Part shown: piece after piece, positions 61,255 through 64,000 of the stretch
Numbering within the stretch: position 1 is the stretch's first letter
Layout: every line of letters starts with the position of its first letter
Assembly: GCA_019695265.1 (NCBI GenBank)
Contig: JAIBAJ010000002.1
Span: forward strand, 11,822 to 75,821
Source of the DNA: Bacteroidia bacterium
GTDB lineage: Bacteria; Bacteroidota; Bacteroidia; JAIBAJ01
DNA length: 64,000 bases
Direction of reading: 5' to 3'
Made by a program: the position numbers and the translations under genes
The notes under the pieces: model-generated
The model's input: the letters and a program-made list of their open reading frames with translations, nothing else
Database searches by the model: none
What the model was told of the DNA's origin: nothing

Positions 61255-62304
61255 ATGCCTAAAATTGAAGGAAAAATCCGCTATGCCGTTGTAGGAACCG
61301 GACATATCGGTAAAAGACATTCCGAAATGATTCGTAGGAATGCCGAAAGTGAATTAATAGCTATTTGCGACGTTAGACCTAAAGAGGTTTTGGGTTTAGA
61401 TGAATACAAAGACGTTCCATTTTTTAACTCCATCGACGATCTGCTTGGAAGTGGACTTGAATTTGATGTCGTTAATATTTGTACCCCCAATGGATTTCAT
61501 GCAGAACATGCCATTAAGGCTCTTGATGCCAACAAACATGTGGTAGTAGAAAAACCAATGGGACTTACCAAAGCAGAGTGTGAGCAAGTGATTTTTAAAT
61601 CATTACAGGTTTCTAAGCAAGTTTTTTGTGTTATGCAAAATCGCTACTCTCCGCCTTCTGAATGGATTAAAAGTGTGGTTGAAAAAAACATTCTTGGAAA
61701 AGTTTTCTTAGTGCAATTGAATTGTTATTGGAACCGCGATGAGCGTTATTATAAAAAGGATACCTGGAAAGGTCGTCAGGATTTAGATGGAGGTACTTTG
61801 TTTACCCAATTTAGCCATTTTATCGATATCATGTATTGGCTTTTTGGTGATATTAAAGATATTCAAGCCAAATTCAACGATTTTACCCATAAAAACAATA
61901 CTGATTTCGAAGATTCCGGACTCGTAAATTTCAACTTTGTTAATGGAGGAATGGGTAGTATTAATTATTCTACCTCTGTTTGGGATACTAATTTGGAAAG
62001 TTCCATTACCATTGTCGGCGAAAAAGGAAGTGTTAAAATTGGTGGACAATATATGAATGAAGTGGAGTATTGCCACATTAAAGACTATACTATGCCCGAA
62101 CTTGCCCCTGTAAATCCGGCTAACGATTACGGTGGATATAAAGGTTCTGCGGCCAATCACCATTACATTATTGAAAACGTGGTGGATGTGTTAAAAGGTC
62201 GTAGTAGTATCACTACCAATGCTTTAGAAGGTTTGAAAGTGGTTGAGATTATTGAACGAATTTATTCCCTTAGACCTAAGAATGTAATTAAAGCCAATCA
62301 TTAA
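61255..62304 (+). CDS. Gfo/Idh/MocA-family oxidoreductase (WbpB-like sugar-nucleotide 3-dehydrogenase)
   Basis: Rossmann motif IRYAVVGTGHIGKRH, plus a C-terminal Gfo/Idh/MocA domain. Confidence 0.7.
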   Translation: MPKIEGKIRYAVVGTGHIGKRHSEMIRRNAESELIAICDVRPKEVLGLDEYKDVPFFNSIDDLLGSGLEFDVVNICTPNGFHAEHAIKALDANKHVVVEKPMGLTKAECEQVIFKSLQVSKQVFCVMQNRYSPPSEWIKSVVEKNILGKVFLVQLNCYWNRDERYYKKDTWKGRQDLDGGTLFTQFSHFIDIMYWLFGDIKDIQAKFNDFTHKNNTDFEDSGLVNFNFVNGGMGSINYSTSVWDTNLESSITIVGEKGSVKIGGQYMNEVEYCHIKDYTMPELAPVNPANDYGGYKGSAANHHYIIENVVDVLKGRSSITTNALEGLKVVEIIERIYSLRPKNVIKANH

Positions 62305-62342
62305 GATTGGTTTTTTTTTGGTTTTTATGTAAGGCCTTATTT

Positions 62343-62490
62343 GGCGGGCCCCCTTCGCCTTCCTTTCATTTGTGTGATGATCAAGTTGCATGCATGAAGG
62401 CTTCGGGTCACGCTATCGTCTGTAGTCCCGGCTCAGCCCACAAGCCTTATTAGCCGGGAGCTACTTGCCTCTATCGTTGCCCGAGGTGCA
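62343..62490 (-). repeat. E-family structured intergenic repeat, long variant (E8)
   Basis: The reverse complement reads ctcgggcaacgatagaggcaagtagctcccggct...agccgggactacagacgatagcgtgacccgaag...ggcgaagggggcccgcc. The apical stem cccggct/agccggg is again different but complementary. Confidence 0.8.
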
Positions 62491-62620
62491 ACCCCAGTCA
62501 TTAACAAAAAACCGGATTTACAACCAACCTCCTCCATTGATGAATGGTGAGTTCGGAAGGAAGGTCAGGTGTAAATTGGATATGCTGATTAGGCTATGCC
62601 AGAATTGTCTTGAACCCAGA

Positions 62621-62952
62621 TTGTCATTTGAAACGAAGTGAACAAATGACAAGCGCGATGGGATATGGGATGATTTGGGTTAATTCCGAGCTAGTGTTAG
62701 TTAGTGCCGAGGAAACAAAATGTTAGTCCTATTTTACAAGAAATATTAACACTTAATAGGACTTACATTTTGTACTCTCGGTATTCTTTCAAACTTAGGA
62801 ATATGCCGAGGATACATTATGTTATCAATTTTACATAAGAAAACTAGTATATAAATTGATATTACATAATGTTCTCTCGGTAAAAATTACTTGAAAGCCT
62901 TACTAACACTTGTCTCGAAACGTAGTTTAAAATTTCTATTGACAATTTTGGG
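62621..62952 (-). repeat. R2 intergenic repeat, copy B (inverted relative to copy A), carrying a 178-bp nested insertion (62705-62882) made of two tandem palindromic units
   Basis: The flanks are co-linear with the reverse complement of 6688-6856. The insert contains two about 80-bp hairpins, each with ccgag[a/g]g...cctcgg termini. Unit 1 stem: ccgaggaaacaaaatgttagtcctatt / aataggacttacattttgtactctcgg. Unit 2 stem: ccgaggatacattatgttatcaat / attgatattacataatgttctctcgg. Confidence 0.75.
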
Positions 62953-62989
62953 ATTAATTTGGGTTAAAGGTAGCATGGTACTTTCCGGG

Positions 62990-63080
62990 GTTCGGTCGGG
63001 TAGGGATAGAAGTGGATAGCCCACAGCCCCAAACCCTTTTGGGGCGAGGACTAGGAACGAATAGCCCGGGCCTGAGCCTG
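62990..63080 (+). repeat. E-family structured intergenic repeat, short variant (E9)
   Basis: gtcgggtagggatagaagtggatagcccacagcc ccaaacccttttgggg cgaggactaggaacgaatagcccgggc. Confidence 0.75.
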
Positions 63081-63150
63081 ATAAAATTTTGTAATGGTGT
63101 TTCTTTCTGGCGAAGGCACCCGCCAAATAAAAAAAGCAGAGGAATTTTAC

Positions 63151-63945
63151 TTATTTCTTCTCTTGACCGTCTTTGAATTTTTGAGTCAGAATAAGTTCAC
63201 CTTTTTCATTATATTCTTTCCAAATGCCGTCCTTTTTACCTTTTACGAAAATGCCTTCCGATTTGAGTTTTCCATCTGGATAGTACTCTTTAAAAGGCCC
63301 ATCAAATTCGTTGTTTAAATATGTTCCTTCGGTGGCCAAAATTTCATTTTTGTGGTAGGTTTTAAAAGGGCCGTTTAAATCTCCAAAGGTGTAGGTATAT
63401 TCGATAGATTTTTTGCCATCTTCGAAATACCAAGTAGCTTTTCCATTGCGTTTACCTTGAACATAAATGGCTTCTTCTTGTTTTTTTCCGTTGGTATACC
63501 AGGTGTTTTTAGTTCCGTTCAACACCCCGTTTTCGTAAACTGCTTCGGAGCTTAGGCGAGACCCAAAGCTATAGGTTTTACAAGTACCATGCAGTTTATC
63601 CGATTTATACCAATCCTCTTTTTTTATTCCCCCGTTTTCCAATTCAATGAAAATACCTTCTTTGGCACCAAGGATATAATTTTCAATTTTGGTAAGGGTG
63701 GTTGCATCTCCGCTGTATTCAACCCAAGTTTGATTTTTTTTATTATTGATGTAGGTTCCGCGATTTTCCTTGTAGGTTCGACTTCCTTTGGTGCCTGAAA
63801 ATTCGATCCAATAGCCTTGTTTAGCGCCATTCGCATCAACTTTGTTGCAAGTATCAGGCACCAAAGGTTTTGAACTCATATTATGAGCTGCTTGAATGTA
63901 AGAAAGGCAAATGAAGGGAATCAGGACAAAGAGATTCATACCCAA
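63151..63945 (-). CDS. MORN-variant repeat protein (YwqK-like)
   Basis: Signal peptide, then repeated G-x-W-x-x-Y-x-x-G-K MORN_2-type units (GYWIEFSGTKG, GTCKTYSFGS, GTKNTWYTNGK, GKATWYFEDGK, GPFKEYYPDGK, GIWKEYNEKGE). Confidence 0.7.
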   Translation of the reverse strand: MGMNLFVLIPFICLSYIQAAHNMSSKPLVPDTCNKVDANGAKQGYWIEFSGTKGSRTYKENRGTYINNKKNQTWVEYSGDATTLTKIENYILGAKEGIFIELENGGIKKEDWYKSDKLHGTCKTYSFGSRLSSEAVYENGVLNGTKNTWYTNGKKQEEAIYVQGKRNGKATWYFEDGKKSIEYTYTFGDLNGPFKTYHKNEILATEGTYLNNEFDGPFKEYYPDGKLKSEGIFVKGKKDGIWKEYNEKGELILTQKFKDGQEKK

Positions 63946-64000
63946 AATTGATTAGGCCAATACTTGAGAAAGCAGTGAACGGAACAAAAACAAACCGTCG

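Noticed and set aside
62311-62320. T9 run after the WbpB-like gene as a rho-independent terminator
   Set aside because: No convincing GC-rich stem precedes the T tract. The only adjacent GC-rich sequence belongs to the E8 repeat.
4845-63080. Could the recurring E elements be a CRISPR array or integron attC sites?
   Set aside because: Copies are kilobases apart, not separated by short unique spacers. They occur in both orientations and are about 100-150 nt with internal conserved blocks. No cas genes or integrase are in the window. No 7-bp R/L core sites typical of attC are evident.
1-64000. Prophage, integrative element or IS elements that might explain the repeat density
   Set aside because: No integrase, transposase, recombinase, phage structural or conjugation genes were recognised in any frame. 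The repeats are short, non-coding and mostly in ordinary housekeeping intergenic gaps.
1-64000. tRNA, rRNA, tmRNA, RNase P and SRP RNA genes
   Set aside because: A scan by eye of all intergenic regions found no cloverleaf-compatible sequences with GTTC-type T-arms at the right spacing. There are no rRNA-like conserved stretches. The intergenic space is accounted for by the repeat families and promoters.

Overview
This looks like a chromosomal segment from a Bacteroidetes organism with a type IX secretion system (T9SS), about 40% GC, most likely Cytophagia, Flavobacteriia or Sphingobacteriia. Most of the window is ordinary housekeeping. I can support gltX, folB, folK, bioF-bioB, sppA, dprA, the hpt-adk-obg block, upp, nadB, rsmE, rnhA, ferritin, an FtsW-type SEDS protein, and a UXS/WbpB/WbpD sugar-nucleotide block. 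Interleaved with these are two CarboxypepD_reg-type TonB-dependent receptors and five predicted T9SS cargo proteins: a SprB-repeat adhesin, two large PKD proteins with type-B C-terminal domains, a PHP phosphoesterase, and a Kelch beta-propeller, the last two with type-A domains. There is also a LytTR/histidine-kinase/LiaF-like sensory module and three tandem FKBP isomerase genes. No rRNA, tRNA, CRISPR, integrase or transposase was recognised. Four things deserve a second look. (1) Nine copies of a 100-150 nt structured intergenic repeat (E1-E9) that shows compensatory base changes between copies. (2) Two further repeat families, R2 and R3, found next to E copies; one R2 copy carries a nested insertion of two tandem palindromic units. 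(3) A 1280-aa single-ORF fusion of an MMPL-type exporter, a PlsC-type acyltransferase and a SAM methyltransferase, in an operon with a fatty-acid-hydroxylase-family enzyme and divergent from a PF14907-like nucleotidyltransferase. (4) A lysine-rich secreted protein whose signal peptide is cut off from its body by a frameshift in an A9 tract. Coordinates of repeats and domain boundaries are approximate, good to a few nt.
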